From: Octopus sinensis
Lineage: Eukaryota
Direction: 5' to 3'
DNA length: 31,963 bases
NCBI RefSeq assembly: GCF_006345805.1
Contig: NW_021829634.1
Location: 1 to 31,963 of the forward strand
In this document: positions 1 through 10,690 of the stretch, one piece after another
Layout of the letters: each line of letters starts with the position of its first letter
Position numbering within the stretch: position 1 is the first letter of the stretch
Position numbers and translations under genes: made by a program
The notes under the pieces: generated by a model
Databases searched by the model: none
What the model was told of the DNA's origin: nothing
Seen by the model: only the letters and a program-made list of their open reading frames with translations

Positions 1-113
1 CGAAACGTAAAAGACTTTTTCTATTCCTGAGCGTTATACTAATGCATCTGTTTGTTTTGTACACCACCTGTCTTCGTCTTTTGTTTCTTTCGTGAACTCT
101 CCCTATATATACA
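1..113 (+). mobile_element. Penelope-like (PLE) terminal fragment beginning with the 3' half of a minimal hammerhead (CGAAACGTA); runs off the window
   Basis: Window opens with cgaaacgta and the segment ends in a (TA)n tract. A homologous copy lies at about 31323-31400 (taatac...ccacctgYcttcgtcttttgttt...). The PLE assignment rests on the motif and family recognition only. Confidence 0.4.
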
Positions 114-118
114 TGCAT

Positions 119-155
<37 letters not shown>

Positions 156-943
156 TACACACACACACACATACACACACACACATATATATATATGTGT
201 GTATATATATATATATATATGTACATTCATACTTGAATGCTAAACGTTTAGAATGTTTTACTAACTTTTGATAGTTACAATGATGGCTTGTATTTGCGAT
301 CTAATTAGCTTTCTTCTTTCTGGTTTTGAAAAGCCCAATTTCTCAAGATTGGTGTTTAAGTAATTTAATACATATCCTAGCGCCCCAATAATGGTGCACC
401 AAAATGTATGTATGTATATGTTTCTGTTTTTAAGTTAGAATAAATTTTGACTGGTCACCTGTTTGGGAGCAAGGTTTTGAAGAAAGCATCTTGTTTTGTT
501 CATCATCCACTAATCTAATGAAGGATTTGCAGTTGTTTCTAGCCCCAGATATCGGTATCACCTGTTGCGTGTGTTTGTATGTATGTATTTGTATTTTTAT
601 ATCTTTGTATGTATGTATGTTTTTATGCATGCAGGCAAGCTTATATATATGTGGAATGCATGTATGAATGCATATGTGCATGTATGTAAGTATGTATATT
701 TTTCTTTAGGAGTTTGTCTTGTAGGCCAGCTTTGGTTGGGAAAGATTAAGAGGAAGATACTCTGATGTAACAGCCACTATAATTGCGGGGCCAAACGTCT
801 AGCTCCGGCTTGTCTTTGGAACACTTAGAACTACTAAAGAGAGACTTTGCAATGCCGAGGAAGTTGCGGGAGACTTAAATTCTGCTCGGATTTTACTAAA
901 AATAATAATAAAATCATACTCAATTAATGAATAGACAGCCATC

Positions 944-1252
944 ATGTATGTATGTATGTATGTATGTATGTATGTATGTATGTATGTATGTATGTATGTA
1001 TGTATGTATGTATTTATGTATGTATGTATGTATGTATGTATGAATGTTTGTGTGAGAGTGTTTGTTTGTCTGTATGTATATGTACATATATATATACGTA
1101 TGTATGTGTGTATGTATGTACTTATTTATTTTTGTATTTATGTATGAATGCATATATGTATGTATGAATACATATATGTATGCATGTATGTATGTAAGAA
1201 TTCATATATGCATGTATATGTGTAAGCATATATATTAAGATATGTGAATCCA

Positions 1253-1292
<40 letters not shown>

Positions 1293-1390
1293 ATGTATGT
1301 ATATATATATGTATATAGTATGTATGTATGTATGTATGTATGTATGTATGTATGTATGTGTGTATGTATGTATGCATGCATGTGTGATAT
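944..1390. repeat. Compound (TATG)n/(TA)n microsatellite
   Basis: Directly visible; explains the MYVC/HTYI pseudo-ORFs. Confidence 0.97.
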
Positions 1391-1828
1391 ATATCTTCAT
1401 GTTTGTAGTCTAACTATATTTAAACTGACCGCTTACGCGATTGCAGGGTTGTATAGAAAAGGAACTGTTATAAATAAAGCAAAAAAAAATTGAGATTTTA
1501 TTCTTTCCGTCATCCTGTGCGCAGCTCTCCATCCTATATATTTTAAGGGCTTTCGGACTTGTACTGTCCCAGAAATTGTGATCTTCTGTAGTGCGAGAAC
1601 TACACACTACGCACTTTCTCCAATAACCCAAGTTTAGCCATACTTTGATCTAAGTGAGGTGCAGCATTTCATGTCCCGCTAGCAATAGCTAATATAAGAC
1701 TAAAAGTGCCTACTGGATCACTTGTTTCCTCGCGAACAGCCCATAAATGTTTTTATTTTCTCTTTTCTTAACTTTTTCTGATTAAAATTATGTATGTATG
1801 GATGGATCTGTGTCTGTGTGTATATATA

Positions 1829-1896
<68 letters not shown>

Positions 1897-1901
1897 TGCG
1901 T

Positions 1902-2150
1902 GGAGGCGCGTGGCTTTGTGGTTAGGATGTCAGCACAATGATCGTAAGATTGTGGTTTCGATTCCTGGACCGGGCGACGCGTTGTATTCTTGAGCAAAAC
2001 ACTTCATTTCACGTTGCTCCAGTCCACTCAGCTGGCAAAAATGAGTAACGCTGCGATGGACTGGCGTCCCGTCCGGCTGGAGGACACATATATCATAAAA
2101 ACCGGAAAACCGGGCCCAGGAACCTGGCTGGGCTTTAAAAGGGCGCAAAA
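1902..2150 (+). mobile_element. tRNA-derived SINE (third family) with Meta/V-domain-like core
   Basis: A-box-like TGGCTTTGTGG at 1911-1921, B-box-like GGTTTCGATTCC at 1954-1965, then ttgagcaaaacactt...ctccagtccactcagctg...ctgcgatggactggcgtcccgtcc. Confidence 0.7.
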
Positions 2151-2484
2151 AATGTGTGTGTGTGTATGTATATATATATATATGTGTATGTTTATATACA
2201 TATGTGTGATTATGTGTATGTACATTATACATGGATGTTTATTTTTATGTATGCATGCATATATATTACACACACACGCACACGCACACACTGACATAAC
2301 ATATTACATATATATATATATGCTATGTGAGTTCAAGAAAATAATTTAGGAAAACAAGAAAATCTATGAAACTGTTAGAGAAAAAACAAATCAAATTTTC
2401 TTATACAACACTTCCGACACCCTTGCCATATTGTCAACATCAATATCAGCATCAAAAGCACCATATGTATCATCAACGAAAAAG

Positions 2485-2740
2485 ACTCTCTGTGACCGAT
2501 CGACATGCTAGAAACAGGCAGTTGAATCTTCCTCAAATCACACGTACTTCGAATATTAGTTTTAAATGCAATGTTTCTTCGAAGAGGACGAGGATGCGCA
2601 TGGCTGGAATATTTTTGATCTCTGTCCTCATCGATGGGATCTAAGCTGGGGCTGAACGACTCCAGCAGTACCATCACTTTAGCATTCCATCAAGAGATCT
2701 ATTAGAACCAGCAGCCAAATCTCCCTCAAATCACATAATT
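2485..2740. repeat. Two degraded copies of an unclassified dispersed repeat (ctagaaa-cagc-aatc-ccctcaaatcac motif)
   Basis: Same motif at about 2500-2540 and 2695-2740, with related pieces near 3460, 3770, 8210 and 16455. Confidence 0.45.
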
Positions 2741-2788
2741 GTAAATGAAATACGTTAAATAATGTCAAACGTACTTCTGAAATTCCGA

Positions 2789-2947
2789 GTCACATGGTTC
2801 TGGGTTCAGTCCCACTGCGTGGAAACTTTGGCAAGTGTCTTCTTCTACAGTCTTGAGCAGACCGAAGTCTTATGAGTGTATTGGTAGACGGAACTAAAAG
2901 AAGCCTGTCGTGTATATATATATATATATAAAGATATTATATATACG

Positions 2948-3003
<56 letters not shown>

Positions 3004-3016
3004 GTACATATATATA

Positions 3017-3096
<80 letters not shown>

Positions 3097-3346
3097 TGTA
3101 TGTATGTATATATAAGTGTGTGTGTGGGGTTGTATCTGCGTTTATCCCCTATCACCTCTTGCTAACCGGTGTTATGGTGTATACATCCCTGTACATTAGC
3201 GGTTCGTCAGAATAGAGGATAGTATGAGTACAAGGCATAAAAAAAGATAAGTACTGGGGCCGATACATTCGGCTAAAAGTTCTTCAAGGCGGTACCCCAG
3301 TATGGCCGCAGTCTAATGGTCGAAACAAATAAGAAGGTAAAAAGAT
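2789..3346 (+). mobile_element. SINE family A, diverged, with expanded internal (TA)n tract
   Basis: B-box ggttcagtccc, ttggtagacggaa motif, about 215-nt TA/TG tract (2909-3125), 3' ggcggtaccccagtatggccgcagtc tail homologous to the copies at 20540 and 21238. Confidence 0.85.
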
Positions 3347-3404
3347 AGTAGCTCTATTTTGACAGATTTTACCTGTGGTTAAATAATTTTTTTCTTATTT
3401 TTTT

Positions 3405-3832
3405 CTGTAAATAGCAACATCAGGACCATCACTCTTGGTACCATGTGGTCATAAGGCCTGCTAGAAACAACAGCTGAATCCCCTCTAATGCGCCCTTGGA
3501 ATACATTGGGTAGTGCAGTACTTTTTGCATCACAAACATTAACAATATGAGCACCGTCTCTCCCATCATCGTCGTCGTCGTCGCCGTCATCATCATCATC
3601 ATCTCATCATCATCATCATCATCATCATTATCATCATCATCATCATCATCATCAACAACAACAACAACGACGACACCACCAACGTCAGCACCATTGTCAT
3701 TAAGTAAATAGCTCTGTAAATAGCAACATCACAACCATCACTCTTGGTACCATGTGATCATAAGACCTGCTAGAAACAACAACTGAAACCCCTCTAATGC
3801 GCCCTAGGAATACATTGGGTAATGCAGTACTT
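3405..3832 (+). repeat. Direct repeat pair (about 119 bp, 3405-3523 and 3714-3832) flanking a (CAT)n/(CAA)n tract
   Basis: ctgtaaatagcaacatca...ccatcactcttggtaccatgtg...gcagtact occurs twice, period 309. Confidence 0.9.
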
Positions 3833-4117
3833 GCTATAGCATAAAAAGAGAAGGAAAGGGAGAGAGAAACGGAGCGAGAGAGAAAGATAGAAAGAGAAAG
3901 AGGACGGTCACAGCTGGGACGTTTGTGATCATAGTTCTATACGATGAGGTCTGATCTGGGGGCAAAGCAATACCATCACCACCACAACCCACGCCAGCAT
4001 CACCAGCACCATCAGTACCATCAGCTCCTCTACCATCCCTGTCATTTATCATCACCACAGCTAATACTTGGTGCGATCCAAATTCCTAAGTATGGTAAGC
4101 ATAAACAGAATACCGAA

Positions 4118-4250
4118 TAGTCAAAGTAAAGGCTACTTTTTTTCTATCATAGTTCAACATTTGTCATGGCACCAGCAGATGAAATGGAAAAGGCGTTGCC
4201 CCGGAGTGGGGTAGCTATCATTTACGCAAACAATAAACAGCAATAAAAAA
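4118..4250 (+). repeat. Left arm of long inverted repeat (partner 7581-7710)
   Basis: Reverse complement aligns by eye to 7581-7710, e.g. tgacaaatgttgaactatgatagaaaaaa and gctgtttattgtttgcgtaaatg are identical. Confidence 0.9.
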
Positions 4251-4339
4251 TTCGAAAACAAGAACTAGTTTTTTTTTTTGTTTGTTTGTTTGTTTAAAAT
4301 TTGGAGCAACGCCATGGAAGCATTCACCACTACTACTAC

Positions 4340-5730
4340 TACCTCTCATACAATAATGATAACCACAATAACAACGACAAACAACTGCTACAACAACCAC
4401 AACAATATATACAGATGGGTTACACGAAGTACAAAACGCATACACACAAACACACATTCACAGCTACACGCACACGCACATATAGTATAAGACATTCGTT
4501 AAAAACAACATCATAAACGTTACAAATTTGTTTTTCTTTTGGGCTATAAATGTTATGCTACTCCCATACAATAATAACAATCACAATTACAACGACAACA
4601 ACTGCAATAACAACAGCAACGATATATACAGATGGGTTACACGTAAGTACAAAACGCATACATACAAACACATATTCACAGCTACACGCACACGCACATA
4701 TCTAGATATATATTTCTTTACTGCCCACAAGGGGCTGAACATAGAGGGAACAAACAAGGACAGACAAACGGATTAAGTCGATTACATCGACCCCAGTGCG
4801 AAACTGGTACTTTATTCATCGACCCCGAAAAGATGAAAGGCAAAGTCGACCTCGGCGGAATTTGAACTCAGAACGTAACGGCAGACGAAATACCTATTTC
4901 TTTTACTACCCACAAGGGGCTAAACACAGAGGGGACAAACAAGGACAGATAAACGGATCAAGCCGATTATATCGACCCCAGTACGTAACTGGTACTTATT
5001 TAATCGACCCCGAAAGGATGAAAGGCAAAGTAGACCTCGGCGGAATTTGAACTCAGAATGTAGCGACAGATGAAATACTTATTTCTTTACTACCCACAAG
5101 GGGCTAAACACAGAGAGGACAAAGACAGACAAACGGATTAAGTCGATTACATCGACCCCCCCCAGTGCAAAACTGGTACTTATTTAATCGACCCCGAAAG
5201 GATGAAAGGCAAAGTAGACCTCGGCGGAATTTGAACTCAGAACGTAACGGCAGACGAAATACCTATTTCTTTTACTACCCACAAGGGGCTAAACACAGAG
5301 GACAAAAAAGGACAGACAAACGGATTAAGTCGATTACATCGCCCCACCCCCCACAGTGCGTAACTGGTACTTATTTAATCGACCCCGAAAGGATGAAAGG
5401 CAAAGTAGACCTCGGCGGAATTTGAACTCAGAACTTAACGACAGACGAAATACCGCTAAGCATTTCTCCCGGCGCGCTAAAAAACAACATCATAAACGTT
5501 ACAAGTTTGTTTTTCTTTTTGGCTTTAAATGTTATGCTACAAAATACAAACAACAACATGTAGAGATGGATTATGCAAAATTACAAAGCGCATATATACA
5601 AACGCACTTATACAGCTACACACATACGCGCACATCTAGACTCGAAAAAAAAAAAAGCATTCGTTAAAAACAACATCATAAACGTTACAAGCGGGGGTTT
5701 TTTTTTTGTGTCATTTCGGCTTTAAATGGT
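4340..5730 (+). repeat. Degenerate tandem repeat of about 190-220 bp (about 3.5 units) interrupted by the SINE-B array
   Basis: caacatcataaacgttacaa at 4506, 5485 and 5671; atatatacagatgggttacacg at about 4404 and 4623. Confidence 0.8.
4711..5480 (-). mobile_element. SINE family B head-to-tail tetramer (units start 4711, 4895, 5080, 5264; about 184 bp)
   Basis: Four near-identical units tatttc...cccacaaggggct...cggcggaatttgaactcag...gaaatac. The B-box GAGTTCAAATTCC is on the minus strand. Only the 5264 unit retains more of the head (to 5480). Confidence 0.92.
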
Positions 5731-5789
5731 TTTTTTTTTTTTAATGTTACTCACCATGCTCTCCCTGGTCACTCTTTGCTCCGTCATTT

Positions 5790-6026
5790 TTGCAGGACAG
5801 GACATCTTGCAAGCAAACAACAGTAAGAAGAAGAAGAAGAAGCAGTAACAACAACCACAACAACAACCAGAACTACGACCGCGGCAATAGAAGCAGCAGC
5901 AGTAGTGAGAGCAACAGTTGTAAACAACACCGGCAGCAGCAGCAGCGGAGAATATCAACAAGTAACAGCAGCAGCAGCAACAGTAAAAGTCACAGCTGCA
6001 GCTTCAGCAACAACACTGACAATAGT

Positions 6027-6067
<41 letters not shown>

Positions 6068-6962
6068 ATGGTGGTGATGGTGGTGATAGAGGTAGGGGTG
6101 GTGGAGTGCTGGTGGAGTGCTGGTGGTGGTAGTGGTAGTGGTAGTGATGGTGGTAGTGATGGTGGTGGTGGTGGTGGTGGTGGTGGTGATGGTGATGGAG
6201 GTGGGGTGGTGGAGTGGTGCTGGTGGTAGTGGTAGTGGTAGTGATGGTGGTATTCGTGGTGGTGGTGATGGTGATGGAGGTAGGGGTGGTAGAGTGGTGC
6301 TGGTGGTAGTGGTAGTAGTAGTGATGGTGGTGATAGTAGTTGTGATGGTAGTGGTGGTAGTGGTAGCAGCGGCAGCGGCAGCAGCAGCAGCAATAGTAGT
6401 AGTAGTAGTAGTAGTAGTAGTTATGTTATTGATGGTATTCTACCAGTGATGGAAATGGTAGTGGCGATGGTGGTGATGGTGGTGGTGGTGCTTACTGTGC
6501 CATCCTCATCAATGGTGTTCTTGATGATGGTGATGATGATGAAGGTGATGGTGGTGGTGACGGTATGGGTTGCTGCTGCTGGGGCATATGGTGATAATGA
6601 TAGCGATAATGATGGTTTTGGTGGTGATGGTGGTGGTGGTGGTCACTTTTGGACTAAGACAAAAAGAAATATTAGAAAATGGAGAGAGAGGGATTGAATA
6701 AAGGTGAGAGAGAGACAGAGACAGAGAAAGAGAATGAGAGAAGAGAAAGAAACAGAAAGAGAGAGAGAGTGATGGTGGGGATGGGGGAAGGGGTTGCGTG
6801 TGAGGGAAATTGTATTTTGGAGTGAGTGGGTATAAGTGTGAGCGAAACTTGTACAAAGTGAGAGTGGACGTTTGAGTGACAGTGAGTGAGTGATGAAGCT
6901 TAGCTGTCATGCAACTGTCAGTCCATGCTCCATTGATCTGTCGCTTCTTCTCTATATCTCTA

Positions 6963-6994
<32 letters not shown>

Positions 6995-7460
6995 ACTCTC
7001 TGTCAATCTCTCCATCACCCTGTCTCTCCTTCCCTCTCTCTCTCTCCCTCTCTGTCAATTTCTCTTCCTCTGTCTCACCCCCTGACTCTCTGTCTCTGTG
7101 TCCCTCTTTACACCTCCTCCTCCTCCTCTTTTACATCCTTCTCTTCTTCCTTCTCCGCTTCGTATAGCATTGCTACCACCACTATTACTACTACCGTCAT
7201 CACATCACTACCAACACCCCATCCATCACCACTACCAAAACCACCATCACCACCACCAACATCATCGCCATTATCACAACCGCCACAACTGCCATCACAA
7301 TCACCATCACCACTACCCCTTCAATTACCACCACCACCACCACCACCACCACCAGATACCCTCGACACCACTTGTTACCCCTATTTCCCTCTTTTACCTT
7401 CCACACTCGCATCTATCGTACTCTCACCATCGTTGCCTCCTCTATTAACAACAACAACAA
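5790..7460. repeat. Large low-complexity block: (AAC/AGC)n, (AGT)n, (GGT)n, (GA)n, (TC)n, (ACC)n
   Basis: Directly visible; source of the poly-V/H/P/S ORFs. Confidence 0.95.
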
Positions 7461-7482
7461 CAGTACCCTTAAGAACTGATAA

Positions 7483-7580
7483 GTTACGGGGACGTAAACA
7501 CACCAACACCAGTTAAACGGTGGAGGATGACAGGCACAAGCACACATACACACACATACACACATCTACAACGGGCTTCT
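7483..7580 (-). mobile_element. SINE family A internal fragment
   Basis: taagttacggggacgtaaacacacca...acaacgggcttct matches the copies at 8617 and 10418. Confidence 0.75.
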
Positions 7581-7710
7581 TTTTTGCTGTTTATTGTTTG
7601 CGTAAATGTTGGTTACCCCAAACCAGGGCAACGCCCTTTCCATTTTGTCCGCTGGTGCCAATGACAAATGTTGAACTATGATAGAAAAAAGTGGCCTTTA
7701 CTTTGGACTG
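7581..7710 (-). repeat. Right arm of long inverted repeat (partner 4118-4250)
   Basis: See left arm. Confidence 0.9.
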
Positions 7711-7839
7711 CTCACAAAACTTTGGTCGTCCTGGTGCCATAGTAGAAGACAGTTGCCCAATGTATCACACAATAGGACAGAACACGGCACCATAGGAGTG
7801 GGATGAGCAGCAGATTTTCTCATATACTTTCGTTAAGAG

Positions 7840-8100
7840 CTGTGTGGAGTCCGACGTGTCAAAGAATACAACCAACGTTTCATGTGCGAGTCGTAAAAGG
7901 CGACGAAAATAGGTTGTGGTAGGATTTTCGCTCCGACCTCGTAAAACCCCCAACAGTAACAACTACTACTATTACCCAGACAAAACCATGCGTTGGAGGG
8001 TTCTCGCTTGAGTGGTGAAAGGGTGTCATCCGCCAAGGCTAGTGGGAGATCACCAACAAATGGTGGATCCATCGAGGCGATCTTAAGGCGCATTACCCCA
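7840..8100 (+). mobile_element. Possible RTE-type LINE 5' UTR remnant
   Basis: Hairpin motif gtcgtaaaaggcgac (7890-7904) resembles the gtcgtaagaggcgac motif recalled from RTE 5' ends. No ORF follows. Confidence 0.3.
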
Positions 8101-8111
8101 TACTGCTGCTG

Positions 8112-8157
<46 letters not shown>

Positions 8158-8616
8158 CTTGTCAGGACTCGAGCTAACACGGGTTCGTGGGATTCCCTAT
8201 GTTGTGACTAAACTGGCCACACATAGCCTAAAAATCTACCTCAACTCATAATCTACTGTCTTGAAAATAGGACCTGCCGAATAATGTGGTTCTAACTTCC
8301 CTGTACATAATAAACAAATGATGACCATGGCTGGAAAGATCTTCATCATAGGACTGTTGTATCAACCCTATCTTAACTGAACAATAACAATATTGAAAGA
8401 AATAAGTGATATATTGTCGCTTAAACTGCAAGAAATAGTAGCTGGTTCTCCTTCATATTAAATACTGTTGTCTTAAAACAAAAAGGGGACACATTTGATA
8501 TAGTCGTGTCTATAGGACACAAACACTCACATACACATACACACATACACAAACATGCACACACAAACACACATACACACACGCACACGCACGCACTCAC
8601 ACACATGTAGACACAT

Positions 8617-8835
8617 ACTCTTTTACTCTTTTCAGTCATTTGACTGTGGCCATGTTGGAGCACCGCTTTTAGTCGAGCAAATCGACCCCCAGGACTTATT
8701 CTTTGCAAGCTTAGTACTTATTCTATCGTTCTCTTTTGCCGAAATGCTAACTTACGGAGACGTAACACACCAGCATCGGTTGTGAAGCGATGTTGGCAGG
8801 GGACAAACACAGACACACAAACACATACACATACA

Positions 8836-8924
<89 letters not shown>

Positions 8925-9070
8925 GACAGGCTTCTTTCAGTTTCCGTCTACCAAATTCACTCGCAAGCTTTGGTCGGCCGGGGCTATAGCTCAATATGCC
9001 ACGCAGTAGGACTGAACCCGGAACCATGTAGTTGGTAAGCAAGCTACTTACTACGTAACCACTCCTACGC
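8617..9070 (-). mobile_element. SINE family A, near full length
   Basis: Reverse complement of the 20540/21238 copies, with internal (CA)(TA) tract and a short deletion near 8990. Confidence 0.92.
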
Positions 9071-9073
9071 ACA

Positions 9074-9111
<38 letters not shown>

Positions 9112-9116
9112 AATCA

Positions 9117-9907
9117 TCGTCAATTTTTTTTCTCTTTCGACTTTATTTTCTTCTTCGCTGACCGTTTCCTTTATGGCGATGGCGTAGATCAATTATTGCA
9201 TAGAAGAGCCGATGCCATTGGTTGCAGGCCAATGTTGGTTCAGGATCAGACTGGTTTTATCGGACCCTTCTCTCTTGTTTGATTACCTTCTTTTCTCTTC
9301 TGGAGGCTTCGAAATTTGTGTTTCCTATGCTGATAGATCACCGCCACTTTGTACGGTCTCGGGCTAGTAACTCAAACGATTTAGGTTCAAATCCAGTGGC
9401 TTTCAGTGTTGTTTTGAGTTGGTCCTTGTATTTTCGAAGAGTGCAACCCCGTAGTTTTTTCCCTGAAGTGAGCTCGCTGAATAAGACTTGGTGTGGTAAC
9501 ACTGAGTTTTCCATTCTTGCTGCACGTCCTGACCATCTACAACAGTGTTTCGTGATCAGCGATTCGATGCTTTCACTGTTGGCTCATTTCAAGACCTTGT
9601 TGTTGGTCCCATAGTGTTCCTATTTGATGCTCAAGATTAAACGAAGCTTCTGTTGTTGAAAGCGTTCTAAATTTTGGATGTCGCAACGATATAAAATCCA
9701 AATTTGGCAGCCATATAGCAAGGTTGAAATGACAACAGCATTATAAACGATCATTTTCATTGTCGAGTTCAGGTCTTTGTTCTTGAAGACGCCTTTGATT
9801 AACTTTCCAAATGCCCCGTGTGTAGTTTCACTTCTGTGTTCCACATCCTTTTTCTAAGGTACACTTGTTTGATAAAAGGTTGCCTAAATATGGAAAATGT
9901 TCTATTT
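9117..9907 (-). pseudogene. RTE-clade LINE 3' fragment (RT domain 7 FPYLG, thumb region, C-terminal Zn-finger remnant)
   Basis: One minus frame reads HFPYLGNLL...AVVISTLLYGCQIW...LERFQQQKLRLILSI*...RWSGRAARM...LFSEL...YKDQLK...RTKWR*...LACNQWHRLF, with 4 internal stops and a terminal TAA at 9143-9145. Confidence 0.9.
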
Positions 9908-10417
9908 ATTTGATAGGTGATTATGACAATGATGGTAATGTCAAAATCTACTTATTCGGGAGGTGTATTAGAGATGGTAATATCAAAATCTCGTAAGAGC
10001 TAAAAAATAAAAAAATAAAGTGAAACGGTTGTGATTGGAAATGCCTTTAGCCTTAAATATGTAGGGTCAATCAGAGCTGCCATGGTGTAAATGAATGCAG
10101 CAGTTGCAACAACAGCAACAATATTAACAGCAGCAACAATAGCAACAGAGGTAGCAACAATAACAATAGAAAGAACGGCAGCAGCAGCAACAACAACAAC
10201 AACAGAATCTGCCATGCATGCCTCAACGTCACAGTAGCAATAACTGATTTGTTACACAGGTACAGAGTTTCAAATTTGAGAAAAAGAGGTTGAGAGATGA
10301 AAGAGAAAGGGGGAGACACAAGAAAAAGAGGGGGAGAAAGAAGAGATAGATGAGAGAGGGGAGAGAGGGTAGGTAGAGAAGAGAAAGAGGGAAGAGAGAG
10401 AGAGAGAGGAGAGAAAC

Positions 10418-10623
10418 ACTTTTACTCTTTTAGTTGTTTCAGTCATTTGAGTGCGGCCATGCTGGAGCACCATCTTTAGTCGAGTGAATCGACCCCAGGA
10501 CTTATTCTTTGTAAGACTAGTACTTATTCTAGCGTTCTCTTTTGCCGAACCGCTAAGTGACGGGGACGTAAAGACACCAGCATCGGTTGTCAAGCGATGT
10601 TGGAGACAAACACAGACACACAA

Positions 10624-10690
<67 letters not shown>

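Noticed and set aside
725-766. Possible exon ASFGWERLRGRYSD after ttgtcttgtag
   Set aside because: Weak donor (gtaaca), no recognisable homology, and the reading frame was chosen post hoc.
4711-5480. CRISPR-like or coding tandem (repeated MRNWY...RPRK ORFs)
   Set aside because: Units are contiguous 184-bp SINE copies without unique spacers; the ORFs are incidental.
6004-7516. Pro/His/Ser-rich extensin- or mucin-like proteins
   Set aside because: Open on several frames and both strands because the repeats lack stops; no splice or codon evidence.
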